DNA of 61,787 nt, counting the filler, from Asterionella formosa (taxonomy: Eukaryota), in NCBI GenBank assembly GCA_002256025.1. It is 7 parts of 7 records of this genome, joined end to end, with 100 filler letters (N's around TTAATTAATTAA, not from the genome) between each part and the next. Parts side by side here need not be neighbours in the genome. Positions count along the whole stretch, not along the records: positions 17,692 to 26,433 come from NKIB01011727.1; positions 26,534 to 35,273 come from NKIB01011729.1; positions 35,374 to 44,114 come from NKIB01011737.1; 4 more parts are not named here. One strand, given 5' to 3'. The notes beneath the pieces are model-generated. The model was not told the origin of the DNA and searched no databases. It saw only the letters and a program-made list of their open reading frames with translations. The translations under genes were made by a program, and so were the position numbers. Shown piece after piece: positions 24,810 to 37,540 of this stretch; the stretch's first letter is position 1, and every line of letters starts with the position of its first letter.

Positions 24810-26433
24810 CACCCTCACCAACAGATGCAGGCAGAAGAACAGGAGCGGGGGTGGAGATGATATCAGCATCGGAAGCCAAGCAGGCATAATAGTTAGGAGG
24901 ACTAGGGAGGGATGGAGGGCAATGGAGATAGTGCGGGCGCATCAACATATGATGGGAAGCGGGATGATGTTTAGTGAAATAATCAGCACGATTCAAACTA
25001 CCTTTTTTCCAGTATACAAGAAATTGGCCTTGGCGAACCCGATCGTGTACCCAGTAATAACGCATATCCATAGCTTTGGAACGTTTTTGTCGGACAGTAT
25101 CATTGGCAATGCCACTGGCAGTGCTATTATCGGTGACAATACGGGTAGAAGGTTGGGGATGACCAAGCTCAACAAGAATGGTGCGAATAGCATATGCCTC
25201 TTTGCCATTGTGGAATAAAGCAGCTAATTCAGCCTCAGCAGCACTTGATACAACCTCCTTAAGAATTTGACAGTGGACGTAAATAGCACCGTTAAGAGGA
25301 GGGATGGATGTAGTGAGGCTAGGTGGAGACACGGGTTTACAGCTGAGAAAGTGAATGCCGGCAGCGCGGGAGCGACCACGTGTTTCAGAGAGATAGGAAG
25401 CATCGCTTTCAACATGGAGGACCATGTCACTGGCAGTAAAGCGAAGTGTGGCCTCAGGATGCGTGGCACAATAATTGAGAAGGTGAGTAATAGCAGTCAA
25501 GGTAGCCACAGTGGGGGTTGCTTGTTGTGTAGCCAATGTACCAAGGGCCGGCAACATAGTACAATCAATAGCACGGGCATAATACAATAAAGTACCAAGA
25601 ATCTCTTGCACACGTGTTTTATCATGGAGGTCAAGGACAGGGGTGACATCAGAAACAACAAATTGCTGGCGAGCGCCATAACTAGGTGCAGTCCAGGCAT
25701 GGGGGGCATGTTGTGGGTGTGTTGGAGTGGAGTGCGTGAATCGTTGTAGAGCACGAACAATGTAACCAGGCAAAGTGAGGTCAACTGTGCAATGTTCATA
25801 GTCCCACGTCAGTGTAAGGCCAATGTATCGAGAGCCAGTCCAATCAGTTGTGAGTCGGTATTTGGTACGTAAAGTGGTGAGGAGACGGTCCACGTCACTA
25901 CGTTTGGTGTAACGTACACCAAAATCATCAACAACAAGCGTAAACATGAGATCACTGGTGGTATCCATCCATAGGCCAGGGGTGACTGGGCAGGGGAGGT
26001 AATGATGTGGTAGCAAGAACTGAGCAAGTTGATCATTGGCAAGTTTACCAGCTTGAGGCAGCCCATACATGCCACGACGGATTTCGGCATAGATGTGCCC
26101 ATCAATGATTTTTGGAGCTAGGTTGTAGAGGGTTTGAATGTGTGGGGGAATCATCCATATAGGGATGCGCACGTATTCATACTCGGCAGGTGCAAGATGA
26201 CTTTCCAGATAAAAATCAGATAAATCCAGAGTCATGAAGCGGCCACCGGGGGTACTGATGGTGCTGTTGAACAAACATTTTGCAGTAGTGAGATCAGCAG
26301 TCTTGGTGCTGACATTGCCAGTGTAAATGACACGATCACCCCCAGCAGTCCAACGAACGCGTTGGGGAATGGTTTTTTCAGGGCGATCGGCACACACAAT
26401 GCGGATGTAAGTGGCGCGTTTGTGTGAGGGCAT
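24643..26433 (-). mobile_element. Ty1/copia (CoDi-type) 3' part: uninterrupted RT + RNase H ORF and 3' LTR
   Basis: LDLSDFYL, RGMYGLPQAG, LVVDDFG, SDASYLSE, SAAEAE, TDNSTA, NRADYFTKHH in ORF 24691-26433. Confidence 0.96.
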
Positions 26434-26533
26434 NNNNNNNNNNNNNNNNNNNNNNNNNNNNNNNNNNNNNNNNNNNNTTAATTAATTAANNNNNNNNNNN
26501 NNNNNNNNNNNNNNNNNNNNNNNNNNNNNNNNN
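26434..26533. other. Artificial contig linker
   Basis: Same linker. Confidence 0.99.
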
Positions 26534-27346
26534 GGGGACACCATAGGTCGAGGAAATCTTGAACCAGAAAAATTAGCATAAGCGGCAGATGTTGCTCCAC
26601 CATTGTCTTCACTCTCCCCACCAGAAATCGCTATAAAATCATCATCAACATTTGGCTCATAAATATTTGGCTCATTGGGCTCTCTCTCTATTCCAAGATC
26701 AGTGGATTCAATCTCAGCACTTGCATCTGCTCGTTGCTCGATTCTTCGAAAAATTTGTTTGGCATAACTCACCTCAGCAGGGCATGTTGGGTCCCCAGTT
26801 GGTTTCTTAACTTTGTGCAGTTGTGAAAACTTTCGGGCGAAGTGAAGGTCCTGTCCGTTCTTTGTCTGGGAAATTCTCGTTGTGCTGTGATGCAACAACT
26901 TCCCATTCATGGTACCCAATTGGCAGGTGAGTAGAAATGGTTTCCAGTAATGAGAGAATCTCAGTGATCCTGAACTGTTGACCCCGACTCTGCATGCTTC
27001 GGCGAGCTCTTGGAAACGTTGGTGCTCGCCTGGAAGTTGCTGTTCTTGAAACTGAACTAGTAGGAGCACGTGAAAAATCGTCGTTGTTCCTTGATGGGGA
27101 CTGAGTAACCCCAGAAACACCAATCTGAGAAACACCTGGGACACCCATCCTACTGTCCTCATCGTCACTGGCAAACTCATCAGCACCAGTGTCATCTTCA
27201 TTCTCGTCGTCGTCCTCCTCCTCTTCTTCTGGTTGAGTCTGTTCTTGTTGTTCTTGTTGCTGGTGACGGCGACGTTCAAGCAGCCTTAGAGAGGAAGGGA
27301 AGCCCTCCCTGGCTGCTCTCCTTTGACCAGAAGAAGATGAAGACAT
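26534..27346 (-). pseudogene. DUF6818-like (Myb/SANT-like) protein with a 1-nt frameshift at ~26836; truncated by contig end
   Basis: LLETISTHLPIGYHEWEVVASQHNENFPDKERTGPSLR joins RKFSQLHKVKKPTGDPTCPAEVSYAKQI if one C is removed. Confidence 0.7.
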
Positions 27347-27698
27347 GGCCGAAATCTAAAAGCGATGACGATCGATTTATTGAGGAGGTTGATTGATATG
27401 TAACGATATGCATATGTATATGCATACCTATTTTGGCAAGAGCAAGCCATTTTGAGTATGAGCAAGCAAGTCTTGAAATATTCCGGGAAATTCTATATAG
27501 TCCTCATTCATGTCTAAACATCTTTTTATATAATGCACTGTTATTTATAACTGTAAAAAATTTGTGTTTGTGTTGACCAAATTTGGTAATCCTGGAACCA
27601 AATTTGGTCAACACAAACACAAATTTTGGGGTTATGGGTACAACGATTTGTGTTATAATACACATGATATAATAATTTTTTATTATCAGAGCGCGCCC

Positions 27699-27860
27699 AC
27701 TATGATGATTTTTTTTGTCCCACTGCAGTAGCAAAAGTCCTGAACATATGGTCTTCTATTGGTTTTTAGTTTTACGATCATACAATCCTAAAACAATCCT
27801 AAAACTATGATGATTTACTGTCCCACTGCAGTAGCAACAGTCCTGAACATATGGTGTTCT
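27699..27860 (+). repeat. Direct repeat of about 58 bp (27699-27757, 27804-27860)
   Basis: actatgatgattt..tgtcccactgcagtagcaa.agtcctgaacatatggt occurs twice. Confidence 0.8.
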
Positions 27861-30294
27861 GTTGCTAGTTTACTACTCCGACTACCCCCAGTATATCACT
27901 TACTACCTGCTACTGGTACTCTGTATATATATCACTAAATAAATATATATATATGTATTTATATTTACAAATTTTATTACTATATTCATGGCATATATAT
28001 TTTTGAAATCGTTCTGTCATGTTAACAAACAATGCCTGCTGCTTCATGAAAAGATACGTCGTAGTAAAGCACATGACAAGAAAAGAAAGTTTACGCAATA
28101 CATAACGAAAAACATTGTGGCTTCTACACATTGCGCATTCGAAGGATGGAGAATGTTTAAGGTAATGAAGCCATCAATGTGGTACTTGGATGACAATCGT
28201 TGGGAGGCAGGCAGCACAACAACAAATTGTTAACTAAACGCAGCCACATTTCCTTTTTTCTCAGTTGATTCAACAGCTCGTTTCGCTTGTTGGGGAGCAC
28301 CAATGTAAAACAAAACAAAACCAAATTGCGTAAGTGCTCTTGTCGCTCGTTGGACCTATTCACTTCTGTTGGAACAAAACTGACAAAATGATTACCTTCT
28401 CTCAAAGTTAAGCTGACAAAAATGAACCAGTAAGTTTTATTCGACAACATTGGATACCCGAAACTTACTTATTCAAGAATTTGGCTTACTGACAAGTTAC
28501 TATTACAGACTTATGCATCCTCAGTTGCATTGATTTGTGGTAAGTGAAGCAAGAGGATACGATGGAATTGCGTGTCCTTGTGTCAATGTAACATGACTAG
28601 CTAACAAATCATTCCTTCTCATTGCTACTGTAACTGCATGCATAGCAAAAAAACCGATCAAACGGAATAGCCGGCGAGTTCACAATGACACTAACAGCAG
28701 AGAGAGAGACACAACATTAGTAAGGCATTGCTTGGCACAAGCTTGGCACAAGATTCAGAAAAGAGGAAGAAAAGGGTGAGACAGGAACAATATACATCGA
28801 GCCAAGTAGATAGAGAAACGTTGGGTCGCTGGCATGTAGAATCATAGATAGCATTGCTTAATTTGATAGTTAAATTACGATCCATTTCAATCTATTTTGA
28901 ACAATGCTTGTGATTAGAATTATGATCATGTTTACGATAGATTTACGATGAAACAATTTAAATGATAGCATAGAGTTGAGCTGATTTTAGGATGCGTTGT
29001 AGCAATGATTTACATCGGACAATCACGAGAAGTGAAAATAAAATGAGAAGGTTTATGATATTAATGAGAAAAGTTGTTGATCAGTTTATATACATTGTGT
29101 GATGATAATGCTCTTATTATCATTACTATACTTCAAGGTCGGTAACATATTAAAAAATCATTATAGATACAAGATACCTTGATCATATTTTTGATCCAAA
29201 AATTATCATATATACGAAAATCCTGTGCCACTTAGCGTACGATACCCTTGATCCTATATGCATGACACTTTTTATTTACAGACGAATGCAGGAAATAAAA
29301 GACATCCAAATGATTTTCGAGGGCATGATTTGTTATAATTCCTGGTTCAGCCAAAAAAGTTATGAAGTACATCGATTGAAGGGAATAGATTGTCAATCGA
29401 TTGTCAAGTACTACACAAAATTAGTCAAGATTTTCCCAAGAGAAACGATAGAGCAAGGCTGGATATTCCTATATGTAATGCTACATATGCATAAATACAT
29501 AAACAATTCAACAGATAGTGGTAGACTATTTTGCCTACATCATACGGTACCTGGCAATGTCACATGTCGCCATGTGCATACGACAATGTTTCAGTTAGCG
29601 GTTTGGTTTGGAGGTAGGGGTGGTAATCCATGTGAGGGTTTATCATGATACCCAGACTAATAAATATTTTTAGTTTACCGGTAGTACCTGGTACCATCAT
29701 GTGATTTTACCTTGCATACTGAACACGTATGTACACTGACAACAGGTACCAGGGTACCGGGACCTGGTACCAAGTACGATGGTATGTACACAATTTGAAC
29801 AAAAGTTAAATAACGGTACCGGTACAACTACGCCGTACTGCTACAAAATGAACAAAACGGTAAGCCATTTTTAAGGTTTGTTCACATATGGCTGGTTTGG
29901 TTATATATTTACGGACAAATATTCGCAATATTCGGACTTTCCCGGAACTCCCGGGTGATTGCGAGTGAAATTTTCAACTCATGCCCTGATATATTACTGC
30001 CCTTGAACTACGCCCGGTACCTGGTTCCAGGTATCTTATAATCGCACCTGCAGTACTGGTACATGCAAGTAAGTATTGTATATGTGTACCAGGGTACCTG
30101 GTACCAGGTACCTGGTACTGGTGCTGGGGATTCATGTGTAGCGCCGAGGTGAAATCTGAAATGGAGGAAAACCTGAGATGGGGGAAATCAGAGAGGAAAA
30201 ACCACGGACATGCGGGAAACCTGAGATGTGGGAAACCAATAATAATATTCGTTGACTCACCATCCAAGATATTAAAAGAAAACCACCAGAACCT

Positions 30295-30960
30295 ATTTGT
30301 AGGGAGCGGTTCAGGAACATTGATGTTGTTTCCTTAGGTTTTAAGTGTTTCAGAGTAAAGTTTTTAATCAATTTGGTGATTGCCTTTATTCTTCCTTCAG
30401 CTTGTTTTTCAGAAAGTTGTCGATAAGTTTTTTTGTTTAGGAGGTGGTCGTTGAGGGCCATGTTGATGTATCGAGATCGTTCAATAATGGCTGGACAAAG
30501 GTTTTTATCGCAACGGAAAACAATGAGTTTTTCATTGTTTGTTAGTGACTCAAGTGCTCTTTGTTGTGAAGGTAAGAGGTTGGGTCGACGTTGTTTGTAT
30601 TGAAAGATTCTTGGGAGTGTGTGTTTGAATGTGTTGATTCTTACACGGAATTCGGCTGGAATTTCATTATGAGGAGGAGACCAGTTGGAGCAAATAAATT
30701 TTTTTGTTGGAGGTAATGGTTCAGAACCTGCAAAGACGAACTTTGTTGAAATGTCCTGGTTGGATTTTGCAAGATCAACATATTGACTTTTTGGTAAATG
30801 TCTCAGCGTTATGCAGAAGTTTAGACCTAGTCCAAGGAGTGATTTGATGCCAAATATGGCTTTTTCTGAAGATGTGGAAAAGTTGTGATCTACAAAGTTT
30901 TTAGGTCTTGAGAAGTATAGCCATGGTGGTTACTTTTTTCGGTTCACTTTCTCTCTTTCG
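30295..30960 (-). mobile_element. Penelope-like element (PLE), N-terminal part of the RT ORF
   Basis: Minus-strand translation: HNFST..KSLLGLGLNFC..PNLLPSQQRALESL..CDKNLCPAIIERSRYINMALNDHL..TYRQLS (DK-motif region). Confidence 0.8.
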
Positions 30961-31099
30961 AGTTTCATTGAGACAGAGATTTCGACTTCCAATCCCAAAA
31001 TGGGCGACAGCTCTCCCCAACCTGATCTGGTAAACGCTGCAATTTGTGCTGGGAACAGGTGGTTGGGTTCAAATGCTCGTTTTTCACGAAAAACATTGC

Positions 31100-31720
31100 A
31101 GCACTCCCCTTGCCACCCTTTCCACCCTTTTTGCTCAACTAGGCTCACACCACCCACCTGTAGTAGCTCCTGGTACCATGCCTCAAGACTTAGCCACCTT
31201 GAACATAATCAAGAACTTGCACCTTCAAGATGCACGGAATGTCCGTACGATAGCTATGCTGCCACACATTGTATGGAAAAGCTTCATCAAAGGTGTATAC
31301 CAGGTCACAATTGTACTAGGAAAGTAACTCGAGTGTATCTTTGTTGATGTAAGCAATCTTATGATTGCAAAGGTCCCAATGTGGTCTTTTAGGAGCCCAT
31401 AATAGCTTCTAGCAAACATCCATGTTTGCAGCTCGTCGTATTCCACTCCAATGTACTCGCCTGGAAAGACCTGAGCAAGCAATGTGGGACAGGCAGGTAA
31501 GAAAGCCACCTCCCAGATCCACTGCCTGTAATGCGGTCAATTCTTCAACTTTCATCTTGGGTATGAAGTACTTCATAATCCCCTTGATGATATGCAAAAC
31601 ACCACATCGGGTGATCTTGTCTGCATATGTGCTGGAACCATTGTTGTCCAGATTCTTGTTGGCGGCTGAGTACAGCCACTTGTAGATCAGGTTGATTGCG
31701 TTTTTGACCTTCACTGGTGT
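31100..31720 (-). pseudogene. Degenerate class I SAM-dependent methyltransferase, DOT1-like
   Basis: Across frames: TYADKITRCGVLHII, AVDLGGGFLTCLSHIA, YIGVEYDE, IAYINKD, CDLVYTFDEAFP, CKFLIMFK, in Rossmann-motif order. Confidence 0.55.
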
Positions 31721-31874
31721 GCTCAGGTGACAAAGGTGACAGGGGTGCCTCCAGTGACTCCGGATCCATGTCATGCAATGCGTCTTCTTCCTCAGGATAA
31801 GAGTCAAGAGACGAAGGAGTACAGTCTTGCGTCTGTATGTTCAATTGCCATTCTTCATTATAGAATATGACACC

Positions 31875-33388
31875 GCCTTTCGTGAAGGCCCGTTTGAACC
31901 GCGCTTGGACGGCTGGGCCTTCTCCTAAGTGATCCCTCTTGACTTGGGCAAGGAGCTTGCGCATCCAGTATGTAGGGGGCTTTTCTGTTGGAAGTGCCTC
32001 CATTGGACCTCGTAGAGGTTGACGTATTCCGTTCAGTATCAAGTTTTGTTGTAAGTAGGTGAGTACTGACTAACGTGATTTCTGATCTCAGTTTCCGTGG
32101 TGATGTATAATTACCGATATTTTTGGGGTGGTTATACGCGATTATCAGCCTTTGGATAGTGCATTGATTACCAGAGCGAGAAATTCCGTAGTGAGGTAAG
32201 TGTTGGTTCTTTCTTCGGGGAATATATGGTGTCTTTGCGTAGAAATACACATTGTTCTGTTTTGGTATCCGAACTTTTAATGGCCGTAGTGGGTGTGTCC
32301 GATTTGTTAGTACATAATTGTTGAATGTATGTATTAAAGATGGGTATAAGGGTTTTGGCCGAATAGCCTTGGAAACGTAGGCGGTTGTAGAAAGAATGGA
32401 TTGCGCTTTTGAAATGTGTATCGACCGTTGTTAAATGGTAGATTCGATGTATCATTCCAGCAATAATTCCACGAAGGACACCAGGAGGGTGTGCACTATG
32501 TTGTGGTATGTAGAGGTAGGGATTCATAGATTTTTCAAATGGAGTTGTATCAATCGAGCTGGTTTGATGATTGATAGAGATTGTAAGATCCAAGAAGGTT
32601 GTTGATAAACTTCGTGGCTCTGCATTCCATTTTAACGTGCCATAAGTATTCATTGACTTGATGAATAAGTTGTGTGAATGTTGATCTTCGATATAGCTAG
32701 GTGGGCGATGTAGGGACCCAGATTATAAAGCAATCGTCGATATATCGTCTGTAGAAGGATATTTGCGGAAACGTTGGGATAATTTTTGTTTCGTGAATTG
32801 CGAAATAAAGGGTGGAATATGTTGGTGCCGGAGGGGTGCCCATAGCTGTGCCGGATGTTTGGAGCCAGTATGTGTCACTAAATTTAAAGATGTTGTGTCG
32901 CATGATAATCTCGAGTGCATTCATGAGTGCATCGATATTAATATCTTCATTGAGGCAGATATCTGGTCTGTCTGTGCGTAGAAATTTATTGATCTCGGAA
33001 AGTGCGTGTGTGGTTTCTATGTTGGTGTACATAGCCACTGCGTCCATAGTAAATAAGGTAGCGGTTGTTGAAACATTATTAATGGCGCAAATATCATGGA
33101 CAAGTTCGAAGGAACTTGAGAGTGTTAAATGGAAGATGTTTGGTAAAAGACTGATGGTAAGTGCCTCCATGTTTTCCACTTGCAATTGTCGCCTCGAAAT
33201 TCGGTCGACGTCGGCATCTTCAGGAGTTTCCATTCGCCATTAGAGAGCATGACGCTGCCTTTCGTGAAGGCCCATTTGAACCGCGCTCGGACGGCTGGGC
33301 CTTCTCCTAAGTGATCCTTCTTGACTTGGGCAAGGAGCTTGCGCATCCAGTAGGTAGGGGGCACTTCTGTTGGAAGTGCATTCCTCCA
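31875..33388. repeat. Direct repeat of about 130 bp (31875-32003, 33257-33388) flanking the PLE RT
   Basis: gcctttcgtgaaggccc..ggctgggccttctcctaagtgatcc..gcgcatccagta.gtagggggc..ctgttggaagtgc in both copies. Confidence 0.9.
32040..33140 (-). mobile_element. Penelope-like RT core and thumb, 5'-truncated, frameshifted, no visible C-terminal GIY-YIG
   Basis: FTMDAVAMYTNI, GTAMGTPPAPTY, YRRYIDD, FLDLTI, YIPQHSAHPPGVLRGIIAG, RLIIAYNHPKNIGNY. Confidence 0.92.
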
Positions 33389-35063
33389 TGATAGGCAGAT
33401 CGACTACGCGCGCCCCCCCTTGCGCTTGTTTGAAACGTTCACGGGGTCGGCCATGGACTTATACCCATCATGCTTGGGGGGTAAAAAGTGGTTGAGGTCC
33501 ACATTTCCCAGACTTGAAGAAACAGACTTCTCTTCATGCATGATTACCATGTTTGTAACTGTGCGTATCATCTATCTCAATTCATATTTTTATTGTCCAT
33601 GTTTAATATTGATCTATCTCAATTCATATTTAACCATCTGCTAATGGTTTTTTTTAATTGTTTATTTTTTATATTGATCTATTGTTTTGAAAGTGGTCAC
33701 TTGGGGGTAATGTCACAGGTGGTCCTCGCAGATAGATAGGGCATTCCGATCATAAGCGTCAGGCATAACAAAGCAATGCGATATACTATATGGCATTTGA
33801 CATCATTCCATCGGTCAATCCAACCATCTGTTTGCTTTGGGCAACCGATTTGCTCGAGCCAAGGATGCCAAACAGTAGGAAACCAAACCTAATACTGTTG
33901 CAGTTGTCGGTTTAGACCTCCCATGCAAAGATCGCATATCCAAGTCAAGCTTGGGAAAAGCATTCCACACAGGCTCTTCTCTATGCCACCTACAGGAATG
34001 TGTCATCATTGCTTTGGCGACACCGGCTTTGAAAGGAAGCTGTAGGTCTGCTGCAGCGGACAGAAAGTTTAACTGCACCTGACAAGCAGGACACATTGCA
34101 GGTTCAAAAAATGATGTGTTGGTACAACTGTGGTTTCGGTTCATGAGATAATACCGTTTCTGCTAATGTTTGAAGTTCATCCTGACGCTGAGGCTGAAAG
34201 TGAGACAGAGGACCCTTAAGCACATCCATCATCTGCTCCATATCATTTCGTAATGTTTCTATCTGCGCCACATCAGCTCGTAGTAATGCTTCCAACTCTT
34301 CCCGCAGCATTGGAACACTTTCCTCCTCCTTCCTCGATGGCGCAACTTTAAATGATCCAGAGTCTGCCTCAGTCGGATCAGGTCGAAATTTGCTTTTCTC
34401 TCCCAGTAAGTTTTTTTAGCGACTCCGGTGTTTGGACCGGCCCATCGCCCTCACTCCTGAGGGCGCGTTGTATATGTGGCGTATTAGTTATGAAAGCACG
34501 CTGTTGAGGAACGGGATTGAATCGCTGTCAAAGTAGTGGCCGCGTCAATAGCTGGTTTGGTAGCAATGTCAATTTTCGGTTTCTCATAACGATCCTACTT
34601 ATCCAGATGTTTAAATTTGTCTTACGACTAATTATGATGGGATGCTCGACAATGGATGTAACAAATTCAAGCTATGCTTGAGTTGAGCGCATAATTGTGA
34701 ATAATATTAATACCAAAAATCAATATGCAAATCAATATGAGTATATACCCACAAAAACCAAACGAAACAAAACAACGCTAAGCGTCTGCTGCAGCCCATT
34801 TTAAAATTACCTATTATCACTGTTGGAACGGTATTGCAGGCCACCTGCCTGCTGATAGTGACCTTTTTTTTAAAATATTGGGGCTTATGTTTGGGTTGAT
34901 CATAACAAAGTTCGAATAGTGTCGCCAGCAAAGCAAAGTCTATTTCTTGCCCTTAAATAGACAATACAACAAAGGATAAAGATACCTATGTAAGGGTTTA
35001 GTAACAGGACAAATTACCGGGCAAAACATGACAAAACAATTTTAGCTATAGAGTAAATTACAA

Positions 35064-35273
35064 TACCCAAGTTGGGAAAATCTCCTACCATGTTGGAGTC
35101 TTGGTAGCCCCCATTTGTGAGCGCCCTGAGTACGTAAGAGCTACGCCGGATGTTGCTGAGCATGTCGGCGTTCTTGAACACGGAGATTGTCGACTGCGAG
35201 TCGAGAAGGATCCACTTAGGATCAATCCCAGGGTCGCCGGTCTGTGCAAGCATGTATGCATACTGCGTCAATG
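35064..35273 (-). mobile_element. Ty1/copia (CoDi) protease-region fragment
   Basis: WILLDSQSTISVFKNADMLSNIR..TNGG..GDFPNLG. Confidence 0.85.
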
Positions 35274-35373
35274 NNNNNNNNNNNNNNNNNNNNNNNNNNN
35301 NNNNNNNNNNNNNNNNNTTAATTAATTAANNNNNNNNNNNNNNNNNNNNNNNNNNNNNNNNNNNNNNNNNNNN
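35274..35373. other. Artificial contig linker
   Basis: Same linker. Confidence 0.99.
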
Positions 35374-35399
35374 ATCTGGTCCAAGTAGTATGAAAGGCA

Positions 35400-36521
35400 T
35401 TTCCAATCACAAACAGGATTAGTTTGCCGAATGTTGCCTAACTTGGCTATACACAGTGAAACCGGAGTTAGGCAAAGAAGTGGAGAGTGACCCAGAGCTT
35501 GCCGATTTCATATGGAATGGTTCTGATGCACTACTTCCAATGAATCAGACCATTGAACGTACCAACAAGGCACATTTAGATTACATCAAATCAACATTTG
35601 GTGTCATGTGCATTAAAAAGTTGAGAGAATGTCAGAATGTATTGAATAATCAATTTAAAGGAATCTTAGGTAAGTTCTTGCAGGGAGATGCACCGAAAGC
35701 ATGATGTTTTGAGTCGGGGATTATATTCTTATCAAATATGTTTGCTAACATAATTCATGACACACCAGCTGGTTTAACAGAATATAACTTCCAGACTATG
35801 GATATTGATGACTTTTTTAGGTGGGCGTTGACGCTTTATCGTTTTGCGCAGTCAAAGGACATTGACAGGGAAGCCATGGATACCAAGTCTGGCGTGATGT
35901 TCTTGCTCCGGTGTATTTTATAGGCAGGACAAGCCGTGGAGAACCATTTTTAACAGGAGACAAATCTGGTGTGACCAAATTTCGACTCAGTCTTCGGGCA
36001 CAGTGTGAATTGCAAACACGTTTTGTTGGTTCGCTGATCAATGCCAGTACAGAATCATTTTGCTTCTTGGTGCTGAAAGGAAAATTCCGATTACAACAAA
36101 AATATTTGGGTTTCAATCCAGATACGCAGGAAATTTCAGAGAACGAAATTCGTCATTCTACCGATTTTGTCGACATTGGTGGGAAACCACTTATTAAAAA
36201 AATGTGAGGGAAGAAAGTTCAGTTTCAAATGTTCTTACTGATCAATGGACTGATGATTTACTCATTTATTATAAGGAAATCTACACTGGACTTTCACAAA
36301 AGAATCGATCTGAATATGGAAGGAATCCTAGTGGAATTGCTACTCCCACCGCAAGTATCATCTACCCACACTCATACTTCTCATTTCCCAACGGAAGTGA
36401 AGAGGATATACATCAATATGTTGAATCACTTCAACCAAATGTTCCTGAAAGGAATATTGATTATAATGACCGCATTAATCAATGGGACATTGATGATGAT
36501 GTTGATTTTGAATGGATCTAA
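35400..36521 (+). pseudogene. Degenerate coding region of unknown family
   Basis: Chain of abutting same-strand ORFs (35456, 35738, 35911, 36204) with protein-like composition; no motif recognised. Confidence 0.35.
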
Positions 36522-37540
36522 TAGAATCCAATGCATACTTAGTAGTTACATAATAATTATAGTTAGTGTGAGACTTCTACAATGCAAGCCATATCATAGA
36601 TGATAGGAAAACATTGATTCTGCTCTATACTACTATTACTATTAGTGCCGCCTGTACTACATGTAGCGGTATACCTCCATTTTTACTACTATGGTGGAGT
36701 GATAATTTCACGACTCTGTATTGTCCAGCAGAGCATGATCGGAGTGATGCTAAATTTATTAATATTAATTCATTTTCATTCTATCCTGTTCATATCCTGA
36801 CTTGGTCATCATTTGCAATTTGCAATGTCTTTGCGCACATTGCAATGGTGTTATCTGTGTAACTACAAATTTCGGAAGAACAAATCCCCATCTGAGTCTC
36901 ACAATCGAAATTGTAGCAACCGTGTTTTTTATGCATATGGTCACTGTCGACATTGCATGCAGGAACATCGAGTTCCTGGAATACATAGTGAAACTATGTA
37001 TTGCGGTAGTGCATCTAATCATTCAAGGAAAGAAGTTAATGATGGCAGTGTAACTGCTGCAGCATTTTAGGGAGATTAGACAAGAAGAGATTATGTGTCC
37101 TATCCTTGAATCAAGTGACCGCAATCATCCACTTCATGATGACAGCGACGATTCAGTTTATAACAATATTCAGTCACAACAGGACGAACAATTGAGACTA
37201 AAAACTGCGTAAGGGTTGAATTCAGAAACCATGCAATATTCAGATTTTCAAGATCGCACCGGCTTTCTCCCTAAAAATGCAATGGAAATGCCCCTTCCTC
37301 CTCAATTTCAACTTCCAAGTAAACATTCTCTGAACATGCATCCAATTGAATAAGAACTCATGTTATTCCTCAACGAGAATTACCAGACTTTGAAAAAACG
37401 CATGGATATTTCATTTCCACCAACATTAGCTGGTGGTCAACTGTTGACCAAACAAATAAAGATTGATAAAATTGAAATATGATCATCCCATGCACACTCC
37501 ATTATTTCGAACCAGTAACGTGTTAAGTTGACTTAACACG

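Noticed and set aside
33160..33230. Hammerhead ribozyme near the PLE (minus strand CTGAAGA-TGCC..GGC-GACA)
   Set aside because: GACA instead of the required GAAA, and no convincing stems I/III by eye; not shared with the second repeat copy. An Infernal search would settle it
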